The notes: a model not told the origin generated them from the sequence alone. A DNA stretch of 64,000 nucleotides from Oligoflexia bacterium (GCA_024229115.1 JAAEST010000044.1:2999-66998), one strand, 5' to 3'; shown: positions 1 to 9,278, counted from the first letter of the stretch. Program-made: numbers and translations.

Positions 1-301
1 GTTCTGCAGTAAGCTCACTATATGTGGCAAGCGATGAACAATACTGAGAGATACTAGACTTTAAATCTAAGATCTCTTCGTTTAATTTTTCGATTTGAGG
101 GCTAACAACAAATATCCCAATATTTGCGATAAGCTTTTCTATAGAGAATTCGCCAGCATTTATTTTATCTGTTTGACCTAATAACAGCTCAATACCTTGA
201 TCTTTATTATCAATGGCAGGTGCAGTTGTTAAATTCTTCTCTGTAAATTCATTACATGAAGAAATACAAAGTAGAGTGACAATCATTAAAATATTTTTCA
301 T
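1..301 (-). CDS. Lipoprotein, N-terminal part only (runs off the window); possibly imelysin-like
   Basis: My own reverse-strand translation from the ATG at 301-299 gives MKNILMIVTLLCISSCNEFTEKNLTT..., with lipobox LCISSC, and stays open to position 1. It lies directly downstream of the DUF4856-like gene, a pairing typical of imelysin/iron-uptake loci. It is absent from the ORF track because it is truncated. Confidence 0.4.
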   Translation of the reverse strand, partial: MKNILMIVTLLCISSCNEFTEKNLTTAPAIDNKDQGIELLLGQTDKINAGEFSIEKLIANIGIFVVSPQIEKLNEEILDLKSSISQYCSSLATYSELTAE

Positions 302-359
302 TTTCTATCCATAAATTAAGACGGCCACTCCCGAAGGAGTGGCCAAGTACCATTGAGCA

Positions 360-1808
360 TTACCAGTTTTGAGTGTTTTCATCAGAGAAGTTATATACTT
401 CTTGAAGAAGATTTCTCGCTTTTAGAAGTTTCGCTTTGTAAGCTTCAACTTTAGATTTGTTAGAATGAGGAAGTACTGGTGCTTCTCCCATGAGAGCGTG
501 GAGCTCATCAAATTGTGAATCTGTCATAATTCCTTTTGGATTGAATTGAAATGCAAAGGCATATCCCTTCATCTCAGACCAGAATTTAACAAAATTAGTA
601 TATAAGTATCCTTCTTGCCCATATTCATCATATTCACCAATCGTCCAGTTAATATAATGAACAACGACAGCAGCAATTGTTTTTTCCCAAGCGCCTAATG
701 CTACTCTTGCATTAGCCACTACATAATCAATATAACCAGCTGGCTTTTGAGTAATAAGAGTTCTACCTGCTAAGAAGGCATCAATTGCTTCTTTTGAAAA
801 GTTCACTTTCCCATCTCTTGCTGCGAAATCAATCTTCGCTGCATTCATTGCAATTCCAATTGTTTTCTCAGAAAGCATCGAGATGAAGCCATCATTATTT
901 GAGTCGATAGATTTCTTTGATCTTGTTTGAGCATCTGTATAAGCGGCATAGTCCCTTGCTGCTCCAAAATAACCAAATGCTTCATCAAAATGATGCTCAA
1001 GTGCTGTGTAACTTGCACCTTGCTTTGCTGGCTTTGTATTATCAGCATTTAGTCCTTTCTTTGGTGAAAGATCTGTTGATAAATAATCTCTTGCCGCTTG
1101 AGAGTATGATACAGCTCCATGAAGAAACTTCTGAGTTAATTGAGCTAGATCAACACCATAATCTGTAACATTTGAAAGTGTAATCGTTTGAGGAGAATAA
1201 GATCCATTAGGAACTGTAAATGCTGCTCCAGTCACTGCATTAGTGGCAAATTCATTAAAGTAACTCTTTATTAATCCATCAGGAGTTTGTGCTCTTGTTG
1301 TTCCATAAAGCTTTCCTCTTCTAAGAGGATTATCAACTCCTGCAATTTTCCCTGATAAGTTTTTACCTGGTGACTGAATATCTGCATAAACGAATCCTTC
1401 AGAAAATTCAGCAGGTGTTCCATTCATTAGCTTTGCACTTACTTTAAATTCACTAAGACCATCAATAACTCCAGTTCCAACAAGATCCGTATTTTCGTTA
1501 TAAGCATAATGACTAAGTAACATATTATAAGCATTCTCTTCTGAACCATTGTAAGAACCTCTTGGTTGAGAAGCCATGACTGCTTTAATATCAGAAATTA
1601 AAACCTGTCTAAAAATTTGCCCGGTATAACTAACAGAGCTTGCTCTATTAAACTGACTAGCAAAGTTATAAGTTGAGTTTGCATTAGCGATAATATTCTT
1701 AATTTCTTGTGGGGCGTTTTTAAGTGTGTTTCTTGCTGCTTGATATTCGCTAGCTTGAGTAGAAACAAGACCTCCAAGCAGTGCGGTTGTAATTGCAATT
1801 GATTTCAT
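360..1808 (-). CDS. Secreted DUF4856-like protein (iron-uptake-associated family)
   Basis: A 482-aa ORF with a signal peptide (MKSIAITTALLGGLVSTQA). The internal HHFDEAFGYFGAARDY block is what I remember from DUF4856 proteins. Its neighbours are TonB and an imelysin-like lipoprotein. Confidence 0.5.
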   Translation of the reverse strand: MKSIAITTALLGGLVSTQASEYQAARNTLKNAPQEIKNIIANANSTYNFASQFNRASSVSYTGQIFRQVLISDIKAVMASQPRGSYNGSEENAYNMLLSHYAYNENTDLVGTGVIDGLSEFKVSAKLMNGTPAEFSEGFVYADIQSPGKNLSGKIAGVDNPLRRGKLYGTTRAQTPDGLIKSYFNEFATNAVTGAAFTVPNGSYSPQTITLSNVTDYGVDLAQLTQKFLHGAVSYSQAARDYLSTDLSPKKGLNADNTKPAKQGASYTALEHHFDEAFGYFGAARDYAAYTDAQTRSKKSIDSNNDGFISMLSEKTIGIAMNAAKIDFAARDGKVNFSKEAIDAFLAGRTLITQKPAGYIDYVVANARVALGAWEKTIAAVVVHYINWTIGEYDEYGQEGYLYTNFVKFWSEMKGYAFAFQFNPKGIMTDSQFDELHALMGEAPVLPHSNKSKVEAYKAKLLKARNLLQEVYNFSDENTQNW

Positions 1809-1882
1809 TCAAATATCTCCGTTGAATAGTAAATTATTTCGTCAGTGAGGTGATAGCAACATAAGTTTGATAGGTCAAACTT

Positions 1883-2449
1883 TTAATTGATCTTATAAAC
1901 TATTCTTTTTGAGATACTGAGAAGTTGGCCTTCTCGAGTGAGATTTTCTTTAAATTTCCATTGCTTAGAAGCAGATAAGGCCGATTCATCAAGGATTTCC
2001 TTGCCAGAACTCTGGGCCAAGAGAACTTCTACGACTGTTCCTAGATGATTAACCTTAAGCTCTAAAACAACAACTCCTGTAATCCCTCTTCTTATGGCCA
2101 CACGAGGATAATCAGGTTCTACATAGTTTAAAATTGATGATTCAAAGGAGGCACTTTGCTCTATTGCTCTGGCCTTTGTTGTCTCCTTAACTTCATTGGT
2201 TTTTTCTTCGACAACTTTTTTAACTTCAGACTTATCAATGACTTTTTTCTTTTCTCTTTTCAGAGGAACAGACTTTTTTTGTTTTTGCTGATTAAGACTT
2301 ACCTTTACCGTTAACTCACCTTTCTTAAATGCATCTGAAATAAAAAAGCTTGTAGTCGTAAGAGGAGAATAAAAAATAAGTACATGAATCACTATCGTTA
2401 TAGCGAGAGCAATGAGCTTCTTATTTGATTCAGACTTTTGTTTATTCAT
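1883..2449 (-). CDS. tonB: Energy transducer TonB family protein
   Basis: N-terminal TM anchor (LIALAITIVIHVLIFY), a K/E-rich spacer, and a TonB C-terminal domain (YPRVAIRRGITGVVVLELKVNHLGTVVEV...ALSASKQWKF). Confidence 0.8.
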   Translation of the reverse strand: MNKQKSESNKKLIALAITIVIHVLIFYSPLTTTSFFISDAFKKGELTVKVSLNQQKQKKSVPLKREKKKVIDKSEVKKVVEEKTNEVKETTKARAIEQSASFESSILNYVEPDYPRVAIRRGITGVVVLELKVNHLGTVVEVLLAQSSGKEILDESALSASKQWKFKENLTREGQLLSISKRIVYKIN

Positions 2450-2489
2450 TATAAGCTAACTTATCGCTATATCTAAGAAGAGTAAAGAA

Positions 2490-2512
2490 GGTGACCACAG
2501 AACATGGTCACC
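2490..2512 (-). terminator. Hairpin downstream of the 353-aa gene (possible terminator)
   Basis: GGTGACCA-cagaaca-TGGTCACC, an 8-bp stem. It is U-rich on both sides (tttgtgctttttt on the plus strand, ttctttactcttctt on the minus strand). Confidence 0.5.
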
Positions 2513-2523
2513 TTTGTGCTTTT

Positions 2524-3585
2524 TTATAGTTTAAAGTTTGAAATAGTTTCTTTAATTAACTTTCTTCTTTTTTCTGGAGAAAGCTTTAGTACTTCTGGAT
2601 CTTCAGCCTGCTTAAAGTGAATAGAGTGAAGCTTACTTCCTCTATAAGAACCTTTTAAAGTTATTGATTGCTCTCTAAAAAGTTCATTCCAAACATGACG
2701 AACATCTGCCCAATATTTCTTTGTTCTTTCCCAGTACTCAAGCCCAGCACTCCAATCAAAGTTCTTAATTCTTTTATAAGAGTTTTGTCCTACTTCTCTT
2801 GCCAAAAGTTTTCCTGCGAACTTTCCATTTATCAAGTTTCCTTCATGCTTAAAAGCTTTTTGCTCGTGGTACCAAGAGTTCGCCGTTAGCACGAGAGTTT
2901 CTTGTCCCATCAGAAGCTTGTAATCACCTCTTACAGAGAATTCTCTTCTTGGTAGCGGGCGAGACATTGTGTTTGTATTAAAAATTGAAGCAGACTCTAA
3001 GTGTTGCCATTCACCAAGACCTGTATATCTTGGAGAATCATCTACTTGATAAACATTCCAAGACCATTTTCCTTGAGCACTTTCAATTCCGGTCATATTC
3101 CATTTCTTTGAGCCTTGATAAACAAATCTTTCACTTGGATTAAATTGCCAGTCTTGTCTCCAATGCTTAGTTACAAAGGGTCCCATAGTCTGACCGTCTT
3201 GAACGATAAACATAACTAGAATATGTTGTAGTGAAATAAAGTCTCCACGATCTTCAATTACCTTAACGAGTTCAGTAGCTTTACTAAAATAAGGTGTATC
3301 TAAATTTTTTGGAGTATCAATTAAAAAAGATTCTAAAAACTCAAAGCTCACTTCAAATTCACCTTGAAGACCTAGAATCGCACGACGATCTCTTTCAAAT
3401 TTTGTTAACCCAGATTCTCTTAGAGCTGTCCAAGTTGCAGGAATGCTCTTATCAAATTCAACGGCAGGACCTGTTGTTGTCCCTCCTCTAGGACCCTTTA
3501 CGAGTTCTCTTGTGAAAGTATAGTTTTGGTTTGCTGAGGCGATACTTGTAAATAAGAATGCCAGTACAAGAATAGTATTTTTCAT
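2524..3585 (-). CDS. Secreted hypothetical protein
   Basis: A 353-aa ORF with a signal peptide (MKNTILVLAFLFTSIASA). I recognise no catalytic motif. It sits upstream of tonB on the same strand. Confidence 0.6.
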   Translation of the reverse strand: MKNTILVLAFLFTSIASANQNYTFTRELVKGPRGGTTTGPAVEFDKSIPATWTALRESGLTKFERDRRAILGLQGEFEVSFEFLESFLIDTPKNLDTPYFSKATELVKVIEDRGDFISLQHILVMFIVQDGQTMGPFVTKHWRQDWQFNPSERFVYQGSKKWNMTGIESAQGKWSWNVYQVDDSPRYTGLGEWQHLESASIFNTNTMSRPLPRREFSVRGDYKLLMGQETLVLTANSWYHEQKAFKHEGNLINGKFAGKLLAREVGQNSYKRIKNFDWSAGLEYWERTKKYWADVRHVWNELFREQSITLKGSYRGSKLHSIHFKQAEDPEVLKLSPEKRRKLIKETISNFKL

Positions 3586-3670
3586 TTCTCTCCCTTTGTT
3601 TGATATGTGAAACTTTTTTATAATAGATCAAACTAAAGAGACAAGATTAGGTGTGTTAAAAAATAAAGGC

Positions 3671-3703
3671 CAAAAATACGAAAGCCCAGCAAAAAAGCTG
3701 GGC
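3671..3703 (-). terminator. Rho-independent terminator after the small acidic ORF
   Basis: On the minus strand: GCCCAGC-tttttt-GCTGGGC followed by TTTCGTATTTTT. Confidence 0.7.
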
Positions 3704-3766
3704 CTTACGTATTATCAAAGCTCAGGAGTCCTACTGACAATCGAGCCCGACATATTTGCGTATTAA

Positions 3767-3955
3767 TTAGTTTTTAAGAAACATATCCTTGTTGCTTTCT
3801 AGATAGCTGATCATCTTTGATCTCAGGTCTTCCATAGAAATGCTTTCTTCATCAACGAGAAGTTCTTTCTTAATAAAGTCTACAGGGAATCCAGTTAGTT
3901 CAGAAAGGTTCTCAACTTGTACTTTCTCTGCAGTATTTTCCGTCTTTGCTTCCAT
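3767..3955 (-). CDS. Small acidic hypothetical protein (about 62 aa)
   Basis: The ORF track extends to 3964 with a GTG start. AAGGAG lies 8 nt upstream of the ATG at 3955 (MEAKTENTAEK...). The gene has its own terminator. Confidence 0.5.
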   Translation of the reverse strand: MEAKTENTAEKVQVENLSELTGFPVDFIKKELLVDEESISMEDLRSKMISYLESNKDMFLKN

Positions 3956-4135
3956 TACAAACACTCCTTTGTCTGTCTGGCCTATCTCTCAAGTTTGTGG
4001 TGTGGACACTTGCAAAAGAAATAAATTCCTTGGCCTATAAGTTACAAAAAATCTTACGCGACTCAAAAATGATATCTAGCCTCTTTTATGCATGTCAACT
4101 TAAGCAGAGCAAAATGGTCGTAATGTAAGTTTTTA

Positions 4136-5347
4136 TTAGATACTTAAATGACCGAAATTATTGGTATTTTTATTTAGGTTGGAAGCTTTTATTTGATCAA
4201 TTGGCCCATGAGAAAAGGCGCTAACGAAACTTTTTACTTTTGAAATCATCTCTAGATATTCACTTTCCCAATTACTTTTAACAGTGATTCCTCCACCGGC
4301 ATGATAAGAAAGTAAACCATCTTCAAGATTAATAAACGAAGTTCTGATATTAATAGAACACTGCTTAGTATTTTTATAATTTAAAAAAGTCGAGCCACAA
4401 TAGAACCCTCTCTTTTCTTCTTCAATCTTTTTTAAGATTTGAAAAACTCTCTTCTTAGGAGCACCAGTAATACTTCCTCCAGGAAAAAGAGCTTCCATCA
4501 TTTGAAATAAATTTAAATTAGAAACTTTTTCTCTTGGTAAAATAATTTCAGAATACTGATGAATAAGTTCAGGGACATCAAGCCTTACTTTCTTATTCGC
4601 CACTTTAACATAAGGACTAAGTTTATTAAGATCATTTCTAAGAAGATCAGAGATCATATAAAGTTCTGCCTGATCCTTTGAACTATTCTTAAGATCTTCC
4701 CAAGCCGCTTCTTCATTTTCAAAATGAGAAACTCTTCTTGTTCCTTTAATTGGTCTTGTTTCTATATGATCTTCACTGATTTTAAATAAGCATTCAGGGC
4801 TATTAGAAGCCAAAACCCCTATTGGTCCTAGGTTTGTGACCATTGCAAATTCACCTAAGTTCTTTCTTTTCAGAAAGAGACTATTAGCAACTTCTTCAAA
4901 GCATTTTAAGTTTGTTTTAAATTTAAAAGGAAAAGTTAGGTTGAATTGATAACAATCACCTTTTAATAAATGATCATAACCTTTTTGAAATGCCTTATTA
5001 TAGTTTTTTTCAAGAGGTGCATCCAAAAGTTCAAGTTGAGATTCAACTTCATCTGGAGACCATTCTTCTGAATGTGAAAATTCTAGCCAAACACCTAACA
5101 AACTATCTTCATCTATATGATCAAGAAAACTTGCTCCATATTCATAGCAAAAATGAGCAACAATATATCTGTCATCATTATTAAAAAGATCAGTATTACG
5201 TTGAAGACTATTGAGCTCTTCAATTCCTTGCTTAGACCATTTATTTGAGATTAAGTTTAATGATTTATTCTTATAGAAAGCGATTGCCTTTACTGGAAGA
5301 CTCAATTTAATAAATGAATCGTCTTTTAGAAAAATGCTTTCAATCAT
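4136..5347 (-). CDS. Chorismate-binding enzyme, aminodeoxychorismate/anthranilate synthase component I-like
   Basis: Motifs ETRPIKGTRRV, FPGGSITGAPKKRVFQILKKIEEEKRGFYCGS and HAGGGITVKS. Confidence 0.8.
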   Translation of the reverse strand: MIESIFLKDDSFIKLSLPVKAIAFYKNKSLNLISNKWSKQGIEELNSLQRNTDLFNNDDRYIVAHFCYEYGASFLDHIDEDSLLGVWLEFSHSEEWSPDEVESQLELLDAPLEKNYNKAFQKGYDHLLKGDCYQFNLTFPFKFKTNLKCFEEVANSLFLKRKNLGEFAMVTNLGPIGVLASNSPECLFKISEDHIETRPIKGTRRVSHFENEEAAWEDLKNSSKDQAELYMISDLLRNDLNKLSPYVKVANKKVRLDVPELIHQYSEIILPREKVSNLNLFQMMEALFPGGSITGAPKKRVFQILKKIEEEKRGFYCGSTFLNYKNTKQCSINIRTSFINLEDGLLSYHAGGGITVKSNWESEYLEMISKVKSFVSAFSHGPIDQIKASNLNKNTNNFGHLSI

Positions 5348-5348
5348 C

Positions 5349-6725
5349 TTATGAATCTTGATCAGTGAATGCTAAGTTTTCGAAAGTTGTGTATGACCCA
5401 ACCCAAGCAAGTTTAGCCGTACCAGTTTCACCACCACGGTTCTTACCAACGATGATTTCAGCAATACCAGGCTCTTTAGTATCAGGATTATAATACTCAT
5501 CACGATAAACAAACATAACAACGTCGGCATCCTGCTCAATCGCACCAGATTCACGAAGGTCAGCAGTATTTGGACGCTTATTTGGTCTCGCTTCAACCCC
5601 ACGGTTAAGCTGAGAAAGTGCAATCACTGGACACTGAAGTTCCTTTGCCATTTGCTTAAGACCACGAGACATTTCTGAAATCTGTTGTTCCCTTGATAGT
5701 GCTTTATTTGTTGGACTCATAAGCTGAAGGTAATCAATAACAACGAGACCTAACCCATGCTCAGCTTGAATCTTTCTACACTGACTTTGAATATCAAGAA
5801 CTGTTGTATCACCACTATCATTAATAAAAATTGGAAGACCTGAAAGTTCTTGAACAGCACGTCCAATATTTCTTAGGTCTGTATCTAAGAAGTTCTTTGT
5901 TCTAATTCTTTTTGAATCAACTTTTGCTTTAGAACTTAAAAGACGTTTTGAAAGTTCAGCCGCTAACATTTCCAGCGAGAAAACAGCAACAGGAAGACTG
6001 TGCTTTTCACAAACATTCATCGCCATATTTAGGGCAAGAGCAGTTTTCCCCATGGCTGGACGAGCTGCAAGAATGATAAGTTGCCCAGGCTGCATTCCTA
6101 AAAGTAACTCATCTAATTTTGGATAACCTGTACTTTGTCCCTGAATATCCCCAGGGTTCTTACTCATATCTTCAAGTTCTTTTAAGTTTTCTTTTAGGCA
6201 AGAGTTAAGCTTCACCATCTTTCCAGACTTGGCTTCATTGGTAAGCTTGAAGAAAGCTCCCTCCACTTCTTGAATAAAGTCTTCGGCTTTTCCTTGAAAA
6301 GACATTCCCATTTCCGTCACTCTCATAGAGGTACGAACAAGCTCTCTTAAACTTGATTTATCTTTAACTGTCTTTCCGTAATGATAAATATTGGCCGATG
6401 AAGCCTGGTCATGATTAATCTCAGAGAGAGCACTTGCTCCACCAATGTCTTCTAGTTTTCCTAGTTCATTAAGGCGAGAACTCACTGTGACATAATCAAT
6501 TGGCTTATTTTCTACGGCTAGGTCGTGAATGGCATCAAAGATAACGCCATATTGAGGATGGTAAAAATCTGGAGACCCAATTTTAAGGTCAGAAATTTCA
6601 TCGAACGCTTCACCATCAATAAGGAGACAACCAATTAAAGAACGTTCCGCTAAAATATCATGCGGTAATTCTCTTGTGGCATTTGGCTTCGTATTTGTAT
6701 TTTGCGTTTGTTCCATGAAATCCAT
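5349..6725 (-). CDS. dnaB: Replicative DNA helicase DnaB
   Basis: 458 aa. It has a DnaB N-terminal domain (AERSLIGCLLIDGEAF), Walker A (ARPAMGKTALALNMA), and LVVIDYLQLM and QLNRGVE motifs. No intein is present. Confidence 0.95.
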   Translation of the reverse strand: MDFMEQTQNTNTKPNATRELPHDILAERSLIGCLLIDGEAFDEISDLKIGSPDFYHPQYGVIFDAIHDLAVENKPIDYVTVSSRLNELGKLEDIGGASALSEINHDQASSANIYHYGKTVKDKSSLRELVRTSMRVTEMGMSFQGKAEDFIQEVEGAFFKLTNEAKSGKMVKLNSCLKENLKELEDMSKNPGDIQGQSTGYPKLDELLLGMQPGQLIILAARPAMGKTALALNMAMNVCEKHSLPVAVFSLEMLAAELSKRLLSSKAKVDSKRIRTKNFLDTDLRNIGRAVQELSGLPIFINDSGDTTVLDIQSQCRKIQAEHGLGLVVIDYLQLMSPTNKALSREQQISEMSRGLKQMAKELQCPVIALSQLNRGVEARPNKRPNTADLRESGAIEQDADVVMFVYRDEYYNPDTKEPGIAEIIVGKNRGGETGTAKLAWVGSYTTFENLAFTDQDS

Positions 6726-6750
6726 TAGTACCCCTTAATCTTCGCTCGCT

Positions 6751-6779
6751 AAAAAAGAAAAGCCTCCCAAAAGGGAGGC
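6751..6779 (-). terminator. Rho-independent terminator between rplI and dnaB
   Basis: On the minus strand: GCCTCCC-tttt-GGGAGGC followed by TTTTCTTTTTT. Confidence 0.7.
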
Positions 6780-6796
6780 TTTATAAAATCGAAAAC

Positions 6797-7414
6797 TTAG
6801 CTTCTTAATAGAGCATCTGCTTCTTGAGCTAGCTTCTCATCATCAGTAAGTTCCTTCTTCTCAGTCGGTTCACCTTCTTCAGATGTAGCTTCGTCAGCTT
6901 TAGCTTCAGCTTGCTTTTTCTTCTTTGCAGCTGCTGCTTCAGCTTTCTTCTTAAGCTCTTCAGCTTGCTTAGGATCCATTTCAACTTTTACGTTGAAATC
7001 AGCTTCAACACCGCTGAAAAGTTTTGCTTTAGCACCAAAAGTACCAAGACCTTTGATTGGGTTTTCAAGAATGATAACTCTTCTTTCAACTGTAATTCCT
7101 TTCTTCTCTAGCTCTGCAGAGATTTCTTGAGTTGTTACAGCTCCAAAAAGCTTTCCATCAACTCCAGCTTTCTTTACGAAATCAAGAGTAAGACCATCAA
7201 GTTGACCCTTTACGCTTTCAGCAGCTGACTTTTCTTCAGCAACTTTTTTTCCAAGCATTTTGTTATAGTGATTCATTTGTGCAGTATTACTTTCATCAGC
7301 AACAACTGCTTTTCTTTGTGGAAGTAGGAAGTTTCTTGCGTATCCAGCAGAAACATTAACTACTTCACCAACGTTTCCTAACGTAGCTACTTTTTCAGTT
7401 AAAATAACTTTCAT
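6797..7414 (-). CDS. rplI: 50S ribosomal protein L9 with a K/A/E-rich C-terminal extension
   Basis: The N-terminus MKVILTEKVATLGNVGEVVNVSAGYARNFLLPQ is canonical bL9. At 205 aa it is longer than typical L9 proteins (E. coli L9 is 149 aa). Confidence 0.9.
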   Translation of the reverse strand: MKVILTEKVATLGNVGEVVNVSAGYARNFLLPQRKAVVADESNTAQMNHYNKMLGKKVAEEKSAAESVKGQLDGLTLDFVKKAGVDGKLFGAVTTQEISAELEKKGITVERRVIILENPIKGLGTFGAKAKLFSGVEADFNVKVEMDPKQAEELKKKAEAAAAKKKKQAEAKADEATSEEGEPTEKKELTDDEKLAQEADALLRS

Positions 7415-8472
7415 TTTATATCTCCTTCATCATTTTTTTTATTTAGAAATTTTCTGAAGTTAATCCAAGTGTCAAAGACACCAACAACAGCTAAAACTTG
7501 CCATGCCATATAAACGGTCATGAGTACGAGCATGTTTCTAAAGAACCCAAAAACTCTCATTCTATTTAAAAGAGCAATGTACACTCCAAAACCTTGGAAG
7601 AAATAGAAAACACCTAAGCCACCTAAGAGGGTAAATCCTACAAGAGAAATATTATCCCATGCAGCTGTAGTGAACATTTCACCAAAGTATTCTTGGTAAC
7701 TACCCGCCACTCCAAGAACAAGACCAACAATCAAAACCCAAACAGCATTGTATGGAACTTTGAAGTTTGCCAGATCCTTTGAGAGATATGGATAGATATG
7801 TACCGTCTTCCAAACTAAGGCGTTTTTAAGAACGATAAACATGCTGGCCCAAAAAGTAATGAAAACAGTTGCAAATAAGTATAGCGGAGACCAACGTAAA
7901 ACTTCTCGTGCCGTCTCTTTCGGAGCAGATAATTGATCTATCATCAATAAACCTTGCTCACCTTGCGACTCTAGAACAGCTCTATTCTTTTCCAATAACT
8001 CAGAAAATAGAGTTGTCGTGTAGTTTTCTACATAAGTCACAATTGAAGTTGAACTTAACATTTCGAAAGCAAAAACACCGAATGCAATCAGAACTACAAA
8101 GAAGCCTCCATTTTGAATAACAATTCTTGAAGGACTCCACCTTTTAGTGACACCTTCAGAAATAGCCCAACCAAAAATGAGAGCAAGTGTGTAGATCATA
8201 GCAACTTGTCCCATCAGATTAAAGCGAACCCCAAGAGCTCCTAATGCCACAAGGACAATAAGACCTACACTGAAACTTCTCTGTCTTCCATAAAGAAGAA
8301 ATCCGATAGAAATAAAAGCCGGTGCGAAAACTGCTACAAATGGAATGATACAAGCAATGACTGCTTGAACAAATAAGAATACGAGTCTTCCAAGCGTCAG
8401 TTCAGACACTTTGAAGAACTTATCGTTTCTTCCATTTGTCATGTTTTGGTTTTCCGTCATGTTATTTGCCAT
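7411..8472 (-). CDS. Polytopic membrane protein, DUF2232/YybS-like (by position)
   Basis: 353 aa with many hydrophobic helices. It sits between the rpsR-like gene and rplI, as yybS does in Firmicutes. It overlaps rplI by 4 nt. Confidence 0.5.
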   Translation of the reverse strand: MANNMTENQNMTNGRNDKFFKVSELTLGRLVFLFVQAVIACIIPFVAVFAPAFISIGFLLYGRQRSFSVGLIVLVALGALGVRFNLMGQVAMIYTLALIFGWAISEGVTKRWSPSRIVIQNGGFFVVLIAFGVFAFEMLSSTSIVTYVENYTTTLFSELLEKNRAVLESQGEQGLLMIDQLSAPKETAREVLRWSPLYLFATVFITFWASMFIVLKNALVWKTVHIYPYLSKDLANFKVPYNAVWVLIVGLVLGVAGSYQEYFGEMFTTAAWDNISLVGFTLLGGLGVFYFFQGFGVYIALLNRMRVFGFFRNMLVLMTVYMAWQVLAVVGVFDTWINFRKFLNKKNDEGDIK

Positions 8473-8502
8473 TATTACTTTTTAGTTACCTAGTTTAATT
8501 TA

Positions 8503-9126
8503 CTATCTCGGAAGCTCAGCAAGTCTACCAGATACGTAAGACGCAATACCGATTTGACGAGCTCTCTTAATAGCAGTTGTTGCAATTCTTTGATGCTTTC
8601 TTGAAACACCAGAGATTCTTGCTGGAGAAATTTTCCCAAATTCATTAACTAACCATCTGTAAGTTTCTGGATCTTTCCAATCAGCTGCAATATTGTTTGA
8701 CTTGAACCAACAAGCTTTTCTTCTTGCAAATCTTTTTGGGTTATCACCTTCGTTCTCTTTTAGTTCGTCAGTGATTGAACCATTGTAGTTTTTTGAAAAT
8801 GGTGTTTTGTAAGCTTTAACTACAGCTTCTTGTTCATCATCCTCACCTTTTTTAACAACTAGAGAACGCATAACGTCTTCGTTAATTCTGAAACGACGAG
8901 CAAGCTCTACGTTTGCAGTGTTGTTAGCTTTAAGTAGGAAATAAACAAAATGACCAGCTTTCGTTCCGTTTGAAGTTGGCTGAGCTAGAGTAATTCTTCC
9001 CCAGTCGTCTTCTAATAGGATTTCACCTTCGTAAGCTGATGCAACGTCGTGAACGATCTTCTTGATAGATGCAACTGCATCCTCATTAAGATCCGCTTTT
9101 GTCACTAGTGACAATTCATAGATCAT
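8503..9126 (-). CDS. Ribosomal protein S6-S18 fusion (bS6 N-terminal half, bS18 C-terminal half)
   Basis: Residues 1-93 are S6-like (DDWGRITLAQP, ELARRFRINEDVMRSLVV). Residues 132-200 are S18-like (RRKACWF, GKISPARISGVSRKHQRIATTAIKRARQ). The frame is continuous. Confidence 0.8.
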   Translation of the reverse strand: MIYELSLVTKADLNEDAVASIKKIVHDVASAYEGEILLEDDWGRITLAQPTSNGTKAGHFVYFLLKANNTANVELARRFRINEDVMRSLVVKKGEDDEQEAVVKAYKTPFSKNYNGSITDELKENEGDNPKRFARRKACWFKSNNIAADWKDPETYRWLVNEFGKISPARISGVSRKHQRIATTAIKRARQIGIASYVSGRLAELPR

Positions 9127-9196
9127 AAAAACCTCCTGAACCTATGGCCCTATACTCGTATGTTATAGAGCGAGTTTTTTGGTAAATGTAAGGGCT

Positions 9197-9243
9197 GAAA
9201 AATAGCACTAAACCTATGGAATTCATAGGAAAATAAAGTGCTA
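9197..9243 (-). terminator. Compound hairpin terminator after the subtilase gene
   Basis: On the minus strand: TAGCACT...CCTATG-aattc-CATAGG...AGTGCTA followed by TTTTTCAG. Confidence 0.5.
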
Positions 9244-9278
9244 TAAAGAAGATTTTTAGTGTCTCGCGTTACCTAAAA

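Noticed and set aside
845-1168. These are nested or antisense ORFs of 60-113 aa inside longer genes. Examples are 845-1048, 917-1168, 1598-1798, 2668-2889, 5372-5623, 10225-11798, 21236-21764, 24743-24985, 47000-47299, 53954-54295, 55553-55876 and 57216-57554.
   Set aside because: Each lies fully within, or in an alternative frame of, a longer ORF with clear family motifs. Their translations are low-complexity and rich in Leu/Ile/Ser/Phe, as expected for shadow frames in AT-rich DNA. I saw no SD or independent signals.
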